Shown: positions 11,213 to 23,065 of the stretch, in pieces | Numbering within the stretch: position 1 is the stretch's first letter | Layout of the letters: every line of letters begins with the position of its first letter | Assembly: GCA_021432655.1 (NCBI GenBank) | Contig: MU271423.1 | Location: forward strand, 1 to 64,000 | DNA: 64,000 bases | Source: Atractiella rhizophila | Taxonomy: Eukaryota | Direction: 5' to 3' | Notes under the pieces: generated by a model | Told to the model about the DNA's origin: nothing | The model's input: the letters and a program-made list of their open reading frames with translations, nothing else | The model's database searches: none | Program-made: the position numbers and the translations under genes

Positions 11213-12382
11213 CGTGTGAATAGAATAGTTCGGAGAAGTTCGAATTCCCATCTTTCAAGATATCAGCTCATCGATCGACTAAGCGGCCGGAAGCCGTTTG
11301 TCCAGTTCATCGGTTCAACTCCGGCCGCGGGTACTCTCAGCCGGATGACTGTCTGAACTGTCAACCCACTGCCATCGCAGTGCCAATGCAGTCAGCGCAC
11401 TGTCAGCGACCGCTTGTGGATGATGGAGTGTGGATTTAAAGCCGAGTAAGCTCGAGTAAGCTTGCCCAAAGCAATCAGATGGATCTGCAAAGTGGATGAT
11501 GCTTGGTTCTGTGAGCAGCTGTAAGCTCAGGTTGCTCCTTGATTCTTGATTCATACGCGGCAGAAATCGGAAAGCAAAAGCTGAATTTGTTGGCTTTGGT
11601 GATTCACCCGAAGCATGGAATATGTGATCCAAATGGAGCTAGTCCAATATTGCAAGGACAAATTAGGATGCGTAGGTTCATTCCAGCATGCAACAATTGC
11701 ATTGACACCAATTAACACGGGTTCGTCAGGCTTTCAATCCATTCGTGCCAAGTTGCAACCCCAATCCTTTCAGCGTAAACAATCTAACCGGTCAGGATCA
11801 TGGTTCAGCACCGAAGAAGAGCCAAAAACCTTCCGTTCTCTTATCCTCCACTGCCGTTTTCTATGCAATCCTGGAAAGACGACATACTGTAATTGACAAC
11901 TCCATCTTTCCTCTTCTCCTTGGACTCCATTGGGCGGCTGGGGTGCAGACGTCATGTCGGCTGTCTCCTAGAGCTCCGAGGAAGGCACTCTGGTGATCCC
12001 ACGGTGATCCATTGGCTTCCATCTCATCCTTCGTCTCCAAACCAAAATTGTTTGAAAGATGTCCGAACCACATTCGGAGCCGTTAAAGTCCGTATCGGAC
12101 AGCGCAGAAGCTTGCACAACACGTGATTTTGACAATTCTTCAAGTCTCCTCGCGTATAGTCCGCCTTTTGTACCCTTTTCTTGAGAATTTACTGCTTCGC
12201 AAAGCGTGATGCTTGTCTATCTATGAGCAACACTATTCGTTTGGTTTTTTCTGTTGTAGCAGAGCTCTCCACGTCGAGAACCAGCTGGCGACATAAAGTC
12301 GAACTTGGTGAGATTTCTTTTGTGCACTTCTAGCGTGAATTGATCTAATGATGTCGTATATTAGTGCCATCTAAGCTGTGAC

Positions 12383-14404
12383 ATGGTATTCTACATTCTC
12401 GGTGGTTCGTGACATTCTCTACCAAAGCAATTCTATTCCAACAGAATATTCACTTTTTGCTGTGTTATAATAGTTGGTTCTATTGGCTCTCTCCTCGCAT
12501 ACCAACTGAGACGCATCCCGAATCCGCCTGAAGTCCGTCTCCTCTTTCCCCCGTCTTCGAACGTCAAAGCCCTCCTCTATCCGTCGGGTCTGCCACCACG
12601 TAAACGAGTTTCCGTCACGGTCGAAAAGAACGGGGTGGAATACACAGAGGAGGAGTATCCTGTGGCAGTGATGCGGACATGGGAGACGTCTTATACGGTC
12701 CTCGATCCGAAGAAGCCTAGGAAGAAGTGGAGCGAGGTGTGGTGGACGAAGAGCGTGATGAAACGCCGGAAGATCGTCGAGGCCAATAAGGCGGATTTCT
12801 ACTTTGACCGGGGGAGGTGGTGGAATAGAGGCCCACCTAGCGACGTCGCCCGACGGAAGGTACTTGGAGCGGTTTATAGAGCGATGGAGGATGTCGACGT
12901 CTTGATCTTGACCACGAAGGCGAACGCGAATTTGCAAATGCTCCAGCATCTCAAGGACAAGATTTCGGCTAGTAGCACGGTGGTGATTTTACAGAATGGG
13001 ATGGGACAAGAAGACGTCATCAGCGATGCGTTTTGGCCGGATGAGACCCAACGTCCGAGCTTTGTGATTGGGACGACGCTCCATGGAGTCCATCGAAAAA
13101 CAAAAGCCAGCTTTGGGAAGATACACGTCGTACATGCGGCCGAAGGTCCAACCAACTTCGCAGTCATCCCCAACCAAGCCAGTATCGAGGCTCTCCTGTC
13201 TTTTCAGGAGAATTCTGACGATCCCTCACCGAATCCAATCCTCGACCCTTCCGCCGACACACCAGTCGATCCATCCAAACACCTGCCGTCCTCCCCTCCT
13301 CCCGCTCTAACCTCCCTCCATGCTACTCTCACAGCACTCACAGCGCTCCCATCTACCAACGTGCTCCCCCTCTCCATCCTCCGTACCCTTCAACTCCAGA
13401 AACTAACGATAAATTGCGGAATAAACTACCTCACCGCCATCCTCGACTGTTTCAACGGCGACCTCCTCCGCGCTCCTCATCTTGCTCGGACCAGGGCGAC
13501 CTTCCGTTCCCTCGCAGAAGAGGCCTCCTCAGCCTTCTTCGCCGAATCCGTACGTGCTGGCGCGAGCTATCCGGAGGCTCAGAAGTCGTTTCCTCCCAAC
13601 CATCCACTGGGTGTGGATACGTTGGAGAGGAGGCTGTGGGATGCGACGAGGGCGACGAAGAAGAACGTGAGCAGTATGCTGCATGATCTGAGGAGGGAAA
13701 GGGCGACGGAGACTCGTTATATTGCTGGATACCTCCTCGCTTTAGGAGCCAAGAATGGGGTCTCCATGCCAACCGTGCAATCGTTGCAGGATGAGATGAT
13801 GGCGAAATCGAACATGATAATGGAGGGACGGAGGCTGAGGGAAATGGAGAAGCAGGAGATGTTTAAGTTACGCAGGGAGAAGGAGGATGAGGAGAGAGTG
13901 CAGTGGTTACAGGAAAGGAAGAGGCGGCGACAGAGCGTGGTGACGAAGAGGGAGAACAGGTGGGGTAGCGAAATCGTGAGACAGATGAGCCTTTCCGATC
14001 CCAACCATGCTACCGTTCTCTCGCCGTACATGGAGAAGAGGCAAGAAATGTTGAAGAGGACGGTGATGGCGATGGAGCGGTTCGTGATACATTGTGAGAG
14101 GACGAAGCGCAAGGCTCAGAAGGGTAGGCGGAAAATGTTGGCGAGGGCAGCTTTCATTATGAGCCGGCTCGTGGAAGAGACAAAGATGAACTCGGAGGAG
14201 AGGGTGAGGAGGTGGAAAAGGAAGATATTCCACAGAAATAGGTTCTTGGAGGCGGTGACGGCGGCGAGAGTGAAAGCTACGAAGAGGGCGAAGCACGAGC
14301 AGCGGTTGAAGGCAGACAAAGCTGCACGGGAAGAACGACTGCAGGCACCTGAGAAAGAAAAGGAACGCCGGCTTGTTGTGACCAGGCTAGCGAAGGATTT
14401 CTAG
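12383..14404 (+). CDS. Ketopantoate reductase (PanE/ApbA)-family protein with long charged C-terminal extension
   Basis: Rossmann motif ILGVGSIG after removing intron 12405-12473; also LTTKA, ILQNGMG, GTTLHG, QKLTINCGIN, SSMLHDL and TETRYIAG. Confidence 0.88.
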
Positions 14405-14847
14405 CAGCGCAACGGGGGACAGTAGAGCGAGAGGTTGAAAGAGAAGAAGGCTCCGATATGTGGAAGCTCTGGGTTCCAGATGGAAGAACCTGAAAGATAG
14501 AGGAGGATGAGAAACGGAAGGGGATACAGTCGGCCTCGACAATCCGAGTCGACGTCTTCCATTGCGACGGTCGCGTCAGAGGTGGGAAAGTCTACAGGGG
14601 ACATCAAATTGGAAAGGTCTCCAATCCTGGAGCCTGGGGAGCGAGGAGTAGTGAGCACAGGTTTCAGAGTTTGAGGTGGTTCAGTATGTTGCATCTTCGT
14701 AGTTCTCATGTGTATACTCAGCACATATCACAAAAGTATCTAAAACAGTAGTGGATTCATACTTATGCTACAACAATATTTCTCATCTCCACATCATCTT
14801 GACAAATCGATTGATCACAGCATACCCGCCACGAACCCTTTGCGGTC

Positions 14848-16464
14848 CTAAAATACAGTGCCATCGCTCAGGATGTTGATTGGCGGTCCCCCTCCTTGTC
14901 TCTTCTTCTTCGCAATTTCTCTTCCCTAAATCCACCATCACCAATGAATCAGCATGCCAGGGAGATGGAAAGAAGAGAGGTGACATACCGCTTTCCAAGT
15001 TCCCCCTTCCAACACCTGTGCCAACTGCAACTCCTCCCCCAACCCACTCTTCTCTCTCATCTTCAGCGCTATCCTATCCAACATAATCACCGTAATGGCT
15101 CTCCACTCAACGATTGCAGGGTGACTCGCGGGCAGAGAAGGGAGATTCAGGAGGTCGATGGCTTCTTCGGTTTGGGGGGCGGAGGAAGGTTTGGGAGGAG
15201 GAGGGAGGTTTAGGGCTTTGTATACGGAAGGGAGAGAGGAGGGACGGAGGGAGAGGAGGGAGAAGTCGAGAAGCAGACCGCCGTTTCTGTACTCTGGGAG
15301 GCCGGTGAGGTGCTGTTTGTTGCGGAAGCGGAAGTTGAGGTTCCGTTCGAAGACCTCGATGAGGGAGTAGGTCATCCCTTTACATCCTTCCATCAGCGTT
15401 GAGATTTTGAGGAACGAGGAGAGACGAACATTGCGATAACTTGTGGAAGGCCACTTCCCCTCCGCCTCCTCCTCGACTCAGAAAGTCACACCTCCAAACA
15501 TCGCCCATGCTTCTCCCCTCCATACTCAATCCTCCTTCCCGATCCTTAGGCCAGACGTCTAAGCCTTCCAAAACGACTTCCCACAGAGCGAGGACGTTGA
15601 CGGAATAAGCCTGGGAAGAGGGCGAGGGGACGGAGTGGGTGGAAGGATGGGAGAGGAGGTAGTCGACCATGTTCCCTGGCCGTGACGTGCAGTTGTGGGA
15701 GAAGAATGGAGAAGCGGGGAGGAGAGATCCAAGACGAATCAACAGGTTGGAACGTCCGGAGAGACCGACCATTGGGTTGGAAGGGGAAACTTGGAAGCCT
15801 TCTTCTAGCTTAGAGACTGTGAGAGCCTTCAGCCCCTCCGCTGTTCACCATCAGCCACATTCAGCAACCACTTAGTAGGTGGAATGACGAGGAGATGAAG
15901 TGACGAACAATCAACCTCTTGCTCGCCACGAGAACTAAACATCCCATCCTTAAACATCTGCAAGCTCGCCAACGCCAACCCTTCGCTCCTTCCGATCCTC
16001 ACCTCCTCCCCTCCCGCTCCACGACCGCCGACAGTGTATCTCCACTCGTTCCCCGCTCCAGCATCCACGAGCACGGAGACGACGACGAGATCCACCAAGC
16101 GGCGGGAGATCTCGATGGCGTCGAGGGAGGCGGATTGCCAGGAGGCTATGAGTGCCTGTAAGGGATCGGGGGTGCCTGGCGTGGGAATGAGGTGGCGCCA
16201 GCGACCGTGGGGTGGAATGGATGCATAATCGCCTGCATAATCCCTCTGCCAGTCGAATGCACCCCGTCAGTTCGATCGGGAGTACGGATGGGAAGAGGAG
16301 CGCACCTCGATTAGTGACTGCACGAAATCGACTATGTCTGTCTCTTTGGATAGATCCACGTCCCAGTACTCGTTCTCGCCCTTCCGCGCTGCTTCGAACA
16401 CTTTCGAGCATGTCTCACGGACTGCTGGAAGGGAGCGAAGGTATGTGACTCTTTCAGAGGACAT
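14848..16464 (-). CDS. URC4: Uracil catabolism protein 4 / DUF1688 family
   Basis: YLRSLPAVRE, IPPHGRWRH, VSVLVDAGAGNEW, RSEGLA, FHKLSQWMTYSL, LTGLPEYRNGGL, VEWRA, LEGGTWKAGREIA and PPINILSDGTVF*. Confidence 0.92.
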
Positions 16465-16720
16465 CTTGAGTTGATCAATCTCTAGCACTTTCCTGTTGTC
16501 CTTTGCACTACTTTGCGTGTTCTGCAATCTCCTCTGGCAATCTCTGGCTGGTGTAATGATGGACGGGAGTTTAGTGTCGGAGTAGGACGGGAGCAGTTTG
16601 CCGTAGTCGGAATGAAACTAATGGCTTTTGTGTTTTGTTCCAACAGTAATGTGGCTGGAAGGGCTCAATCATTGGCTGGGATGAATAATAGAACAAATTC
16701 AATGCAGAATCACCGTATCT

Positions 16721-17167
16721 CTACTTCTGAGTCGCACTCCACACATCCTTCAACACTATCGCCCACCCACACAGAGTTCAATCAGCACTCAACGGTCCAC
16801 AACCCGTCCAGACACGAGACATTGAACAACTCATAAGAGAAGAGAAAGAACTCACGTCCATCCTTCGTAGCCAGCCTGTTAATGCTGTCGTCGCTCTCTC
16901 CGATCCCCCTTACAGCTCCACAGAGCGCGTAGGTGATGTATTGCCCCGGAATCGCCTTGCCCTCCTCATCTACGGCGGCGAAGTTGAGCTGCACGGATGC
17001 GTGGTCCTTGCAGGTGATGAGACGGTTGGTAGCGGCACATTTGCGGGGGACGTAGAGGTCCACAACATGTCCCTGTAGCACAGCAAGTCGTGAATTCGAC
17101 CATAGCTCTCGCTGAAAGAAAATACAGTCTGTGGGGTTGAAAAAAAACTCACTTGATCGTTCTCCAT
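16721..17167 (-). CDS. RPS21: 40S ribosomal protein S21 (eS21), 3 exons
   Basis: [35 protein letters not shown]...[26 protein letters not shown]. Confidence 0.97.
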
Positions 17168-17434
17168 TTTTATTACGTGTAAAAGACTTGGACGCTCGTA
17201 AAGTCAAGTGCAAAGGGAGAGCTGGACTGACTGCTTGCAGAAAACGATCTGTTGTTTGGGTATAAACCTTAATGTGCAACCAAAACAAACCTTATTGTCA
17301 CCAAGTTGTCGCCCCAACCACAACCACGTCAACTCGACACTCGCTTATTCCTACACTACAATAATCTCGCTGATAATATCACACACAGCAACTGCACTCA
17401 AAACACGCGAACATCCGACTTTGAAAGAGGAGAC

Positions 17435-20064
17435 ATGTCACTCTCCCCCGCCCAGTCTTCCGCACTCACCCAATACCAAGAAATCACCTCGCTCCCTCCG
17501 ACGCTCGCCCGGCAAGTGCTCGAGAGGGAGGGATGGGATCTGCAGCGGGCAGTGGAAAAGTGGGTAGAGGACCCAAATTCCCTCACCGCCGCTGGTGCCG
17601 GGAATGTTAATGGGAGCGCAAGGGAAGAGGGGAGGTGGAAGGAGAAGGATGCGATGGAGAGCATGGAAATTGATGATTCGGAAGTGGTGGAGAGGAGACC
17701 GAGGGTGAATAGCGCTGGAGGTTGGGTGGAGACTGTGAAGAAGGTGCGTTCAGCTCTCATTCTACCTTGTCGCACTGCATTGCGGTGGTGGCGCTTTCTT
17801 GTGACAAGTGTCACGTTGGAGATGAGGAGGATGGAGCGAGAGGAGAGGTGGCCTTTCGTATATGCTTCTCCAACGTGAGACAGTTCAGGTGAGGTATATA
17901 CCGAAGATCGTCTCTGCCTTCTCTTCACTCTTCATGTTTGATTAGTGTGAGTGGACGAATGAATGATTCCATTGCATGAAGGATTAATCTAATGGACTGA
18001 GCCAGGAGCACATAAAGGTGCTAAGTCATCCAAGCTCCACTTTCATCAGCGAGTGGCGCCATGACCCGTGGACTCCATCCATCTTGGGACCGAGCTGCTT
18101 GTCTTGTCCAAGTCATTCATCAACCAATCACCATTGTTCGCCCTGGATCCTTTGCTTCTCCGGTAGTAGCCAGCATTGTCTGCATGGAACTACTTTGGAC
18201 TTCTTCCTAAGAGGAATATGTTCAATGTGGCCAATGTTGTGCCAGAAGTTGGACTCGTCAGAGGATTAATCATCATTGAGGAAGCTCTAGCGTCGTGACG
18301 AATAACAGAAATATGAAACAGCTGCTATATATGCTGTTACCTCGCATCTTTCTTTAAGTGTGGCGTTGGTTATTGGATAGGAATATGCGGTTTTGTGCAT
18401 TCTCACTATGATTGGACTAGCGCTTGAGTGTCGAAAGGAGCGGCACCTCATCGATCCTAGACTGAAAAGGAAAGTGGCTGTCATACGATTGGCAGCTCGT
18501 CATAGCCCTACCAAGCATCGGCTACTTGTTGATAGGTGGCGGATGATGATTACATCTGCAGAACTAAATGCCGCTGCTTTTGAGACTGTGGATAGAACTG
18601 TAGCATGCAATTTCCTCGCGCAATTTTAAAGAACACAGGTCGGACAACATTGCTGAAATTTGAACCTCAGGTTTTCTCGCAGATTTCACCGCTAATCACG
18701 CTCCCAATATCCTTAATTGCATCGCTTCTCTCCTTCATCACCCGCATCCTCCACCTCCGATCGCTCTTCCCCTATCTCGGCATTCTGCGTCCGCGAAATC
18801 CCTTCAGCCTCACCCCACGAAGCACTTTATCCCCAGCAGCAGCGGCCGAGCACTACATTCGGTTCCTTGAAGAGACAACAGGACACCTGCACCCAGAGTC
18901 TACGCCTGTTGGCACTGGCACTGGAGTGTTTGGAGAGGGCGGAAGCGGTTTGGTGCAGCGGAAAACGGGAGGGACCTCGAAGATGTTGCCGGAATTCTTG
19001 CGGTGTGGGTACTCGGAAGCACTACAAGCGGCGAAGGATGAATTGAAGATTTTGATGGTCGTCCTGTCTAGCGCTGAGCATGAAGATGATGAAGTGTTCC
19101 GCAAGTTTGTGCTTTGTTCTTTCTCGTGCAACTTCATACTGACTTCTTCTACCCTAGAACTGTGTTGACGGATCAGAATCTACGTCGGACAATAAGCGAG
19201 AATGACATCCTTGTCTGGGGTGGAGATATAAAATATCGAGACGCATTTCAGGCTTCCCAGACCTTGGCCATACCTCGTTTACCCACCGTTGCTTTCATTG
19301 CGCTCCAACCACGGACAACTCCTACTACACTCTCATCGCACACACGGACGGCGGTAGACCCTGTCATGAAGATGTTCTCACGTCTTTCAGGCTCTCCCTC
19401 TTCTACCACATCGCCCAACTCCATAATCATGCACATCCAGAACTCCGTCCTCCCCCGCGTTTCGCCCTTCCTTGGTCGGCTGAGGGTGCAGAAGAGGCAA
19501 AGGGAAGAAGAGCGGGAACTCCGACGACGGCAAGATGAGGAGTATGAGCGCGCGGTCAGAAAGGATACGGAGAGGGTGCTAGCCAAGAGGCGAGAAGAGG
19601 AAGAGAAGGAACGGCGCAGACAAGAAGGGATCGAGAAGGAGCGACTGAGAGCACAGATGGAACAGAAGCGCCAAAGATGGAGAGAGTGGGCGGCAGTTAA
19701 CCTCGTCCCAGAAGAGTGGCGAGGGCCGGGAGGAGCGAAGGTTGCTGTCAAGTTGACGGATGGGAGACGACTCATCAGAACTTTTAAGGAGGATGAATCC
19801 ACGACCATCGTGTATGCTTGGATCGAATGTGAAGCCAACGGTGTCCACATAGCCCCTTCTCCCTCTCCTTCACCTTCTCCTGTTAAGGAGGGGTACGATT
19901 TCACCTTCAAGCTGGTCATGACTTTCCCGAGAAAGGTAGTCGAGAAGGGATTGGCTTTGAAGGATGTTGGAGGGATGGTACCGAATGCGAATTTGGTTGT
20001 TGAGTCCTTAGACGGTGGAAATGGCGGTAGTCATACAGATGAGGAGGAGGAAGAGGAGGATTAG
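17435..20064 (+). CDS. UBX-domain Cdc48/p97 adaptor (UBA-like + hydrophobic hairpin + UAS + coiled coil + UBX; FAF2/Ubx2-like)
   Basis: N-terminal ALTQYQEIT...WDLQRAV, hydrophobic segment, UAS (GYSEALQAAKDELK...LVWGGD), coiled coil, and UBX (GRRLIRTF...TFPRK). First intron 17744-18670 (927 nt). Confidence 0.9.
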
Positions 20065-20365
20065 AGTGACCACCTATCATACCACCATTAATTTGTCCGT
20101 TTCTGCATCTATCTTATTGCACAGCACTTTCTCAACATAAACAAACGAGAGTTGCGCGTTGAAAGCAGCTGATTGAATACTTTTCCCATCGCCAGTACTG
20201 CCCCCATCAATCCACACATTCTGACAACTAGCTTCTCGGCATTGAGACAGGATCACAGAGACGACTGCTCTCGAGAACTCAGATCTGCTCTATTCAAACG
20301 AGACTATTGATCGCACACAACGCTCGAGTATATTTTATTACAATAATATCATCGCTAAACACTGC

Positions 20366-22137
20366 TCAATCCCAGTTACCATGCAGCCAATCTTCATAAC
20401 CCAAACCCCCTTCGTTCCAAAGCATCGCAAATCGCTTGCCGTCGTAGAGGAAGTTATCTCTTCCCCCTTCATCCCAAAGGGCCATTTCCGTCTCCTTATC
20501 AGGCGATTCATCAGCTTCCCTCAGATTGAGTGTGAAATCGTCAAGAGTCCATGGGATATCGCCGAAATAGCATGTCCACGCGAATTCGAACTTTTCTCTA
20601 CCCGCGAAAGGAGCTTGAGAGGCGTGAAAACGTATAAAATCTACAATGGTGGATACATCGAGGTAGCAGTATTGCAACTGCAATTCTTCGAGATGCGGAC
20701 AGGTGAGGTCCTGAAGAAATGTGGGGGATATGACATTGGAGGCAGCGTGCGCCGCATCGATATAAAGTACTCGTAGCTCTGTTTGAGTGTCAATCGAGTA
20801 TTTCGTAAAGAAGAAGAAGCGGTACCTGTGAAGCAGTGGAAGTAGGAATCAAGTGATTCAGGCAGGCGCAACATTTTTGTCTCTTGAACATGCGTTTGAT
20901 GGGGGAAAAGTTCCAAGTAGAAAGTACGAGTGCACTGCTTTCGCGGCAACATAAATTGAATAACATCCGAGGGCTGTATTAGATAGGGAAAGAAAGTATT
21001 GAAGTGAAATCGATACATCTGAGCTGGGGCGACAGTTCTGACTGGGACAAGGTGAAGTGCCAACTCTTCGAACACCGCTTTCGAGAGTTTATTTGACTTA
21101 AGAACAATTTCAGTGAGACATTCCGAGACCCTTGTTCCTGAAAAATTGGCTGGCTGAGTGAGGTCCCATCCGATGATGAACAGACAGGCAACCGATAAAC
21201 CGTTGGAGAGTAGCTGAACGAGATCCTCTGTGTTCCAACGCGTGGAGCCATGGCTCTTCCTTCCAGTCAGCTGAAGGTTCTTCAGGCTCGGAATCTTTGA
21301 CAGTGCGTTTAAGGTCGTCACTCTATCCTTTGGTGGTGGAAGAAAGATGGCGAGCCACTCTAGATTCTCGGCAAAATTCAGAATTCGGCGAAGATTCTTC
21401 CAGATGCGTTCCGGGTTCCCACCCATTTCTTTCAGGATTAGTCTTCTCAAATATGGCGCTGAGTAGTTGGGATATGCCCGAAACAGCCTCAAGGGATCGA
21501 TAAATCCTGCACTAGATACTCCAGGCGAAGAGACCGTCAAGCTCCAAGGCTTTTCGAACGATCCAAACACTTTACAAAGAGTCGTCAATCCAAATATGGA
21601 AAAGCGCCTGTTCACTAGTCTAAGGCGCTGGAGATGCCGGAAGAGGGTAGCATCGCCACGAGTGTACAGTTGCATATCTCGCAGCTTGATCATCGAAGAA
21701 AAAATCAGATGTATGAGCTCATTGGAGAGAGCGGCAAAAGGATCTTGGGTCCATTGCTCGAAGATCGAAATGTCGAGTTGAAACCCTTCCGTGCCTTCAA
21801 ATGTGGTCGAGATATAAATTCTGGGGCATTGCTCTGAATATTCGGATGCTGATACGAAATCTGTTAATTGGAGAGAGGCTGAGATCCGTGACCTCGCCGG
21901 CTGCACGTAGATATTAAAACGGAAGATATCATCCAAAGACGGTTCGATTTGTAAGCAAACTGGATATCTGGATTCGTCATCAGCATTATTAAGACTTGAG
22001 ACTGTGCCTAAAATATTGAGGTAAAGCTGAGACTTCGACTCTTGCCAGATCGTCTGTCCTGCTGAGGAGAATTGAACATTAACAGATAAGGCGTCCTCCT
22101 CATCTAGCTTTGTGAAACCAACGAGTCCGAGCAACAT
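20366..22137 (-). CDS. F-box-like / LRR-like lineage-specific protein (5' end may extend upstream toward about 22860)
   Basis: 498-aa ORF with F-box-like DPFAALSNELIHLIF and LxxLxL repeats. A short intron near 20825-20779 links it to ORF 20366-20683. Confidence 0.65.
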
Positions 22138-23065
22138 GGGATTCCTGGAAATGGAAGGGTTGTGCTGCGGATCTCATGTGCGGAGTCAATTCAGCCACCG
22201 ATTGTGATGAGAATCAGTGATAGAACTACTGAGCACAGGGCCTTTTCATACCTCTTAACCAGGCTGAACCTGGAGGCGACTGAAGCAAGCACAGGAGCGC
22301 GAGACACGTGCTAGATCCTATATCCTATCTCCCATCTTCAGGTCAATCAAGAATGCTAGGTAAGGAAGTACAGTGCTCAAAAGGTCCAACAATCTGTTAG
22401 TTCGATTCATTAACATTTCACTCTCATCATTCAATCAAGTGTAAAACTCTTTTTGTAGCACAATATTTACTCAAAACCAATGAAGCCTCAGCATGATGGA
22501 TATTGAACGCGGCCTCTGAACACGCGGACTTCACCTCAACATCGTCTGCATGACTTGGCAAGAGGGACTTGGTAGGATGACGACGTATTGATTAGCTGTA
22601 GTTCTAAATATCATGCAGGTTCTTCCCCACGTCTTGAAATGAAGTCAATGTCACCAAGTACATTTGATTGAATATTCAGGGCGGACTTTGGTTCATTTAT
22701 CGCTCCGCATAATTTCATTTCGAGCTTCATCAACGTAGAGGATGGTCAAGTCCACAGTGTAACAGGAGAAACAGAACAAAAGGTCACAACAGGTCACTTC
22801 ACATTTCTGCCGCAGGCCGCAGACTGATAGCACACCTGGTAGATTTTTCCTATCTTCATAATTTTACGCTAATTCACACGTTGCGAATCCCGTGCCATGT
22901 CCCACTTGCACAAGGCACGCTTCATCTCGACCTTATTGGGGTGTGTGTTGTTACGCGCTCTATCTCAAACTCATAGGGTTAGGGTCGGGAACGCGTCAAC
23001 CTCCTCGTCCAGTTCAACAACGAACGATCTCTCAAGCTCTTCTGCCCTGCAATCTATTGATCAGC

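Noticed and set aside
12541..12560. Apparent frameshift between the Rossmann motif and the long ketopantoate reductase ORF
   Set aside because: Recounting the C run (TTTCCCCCG) shows the frame is continuous; the ORF track just begins at a later GTG.
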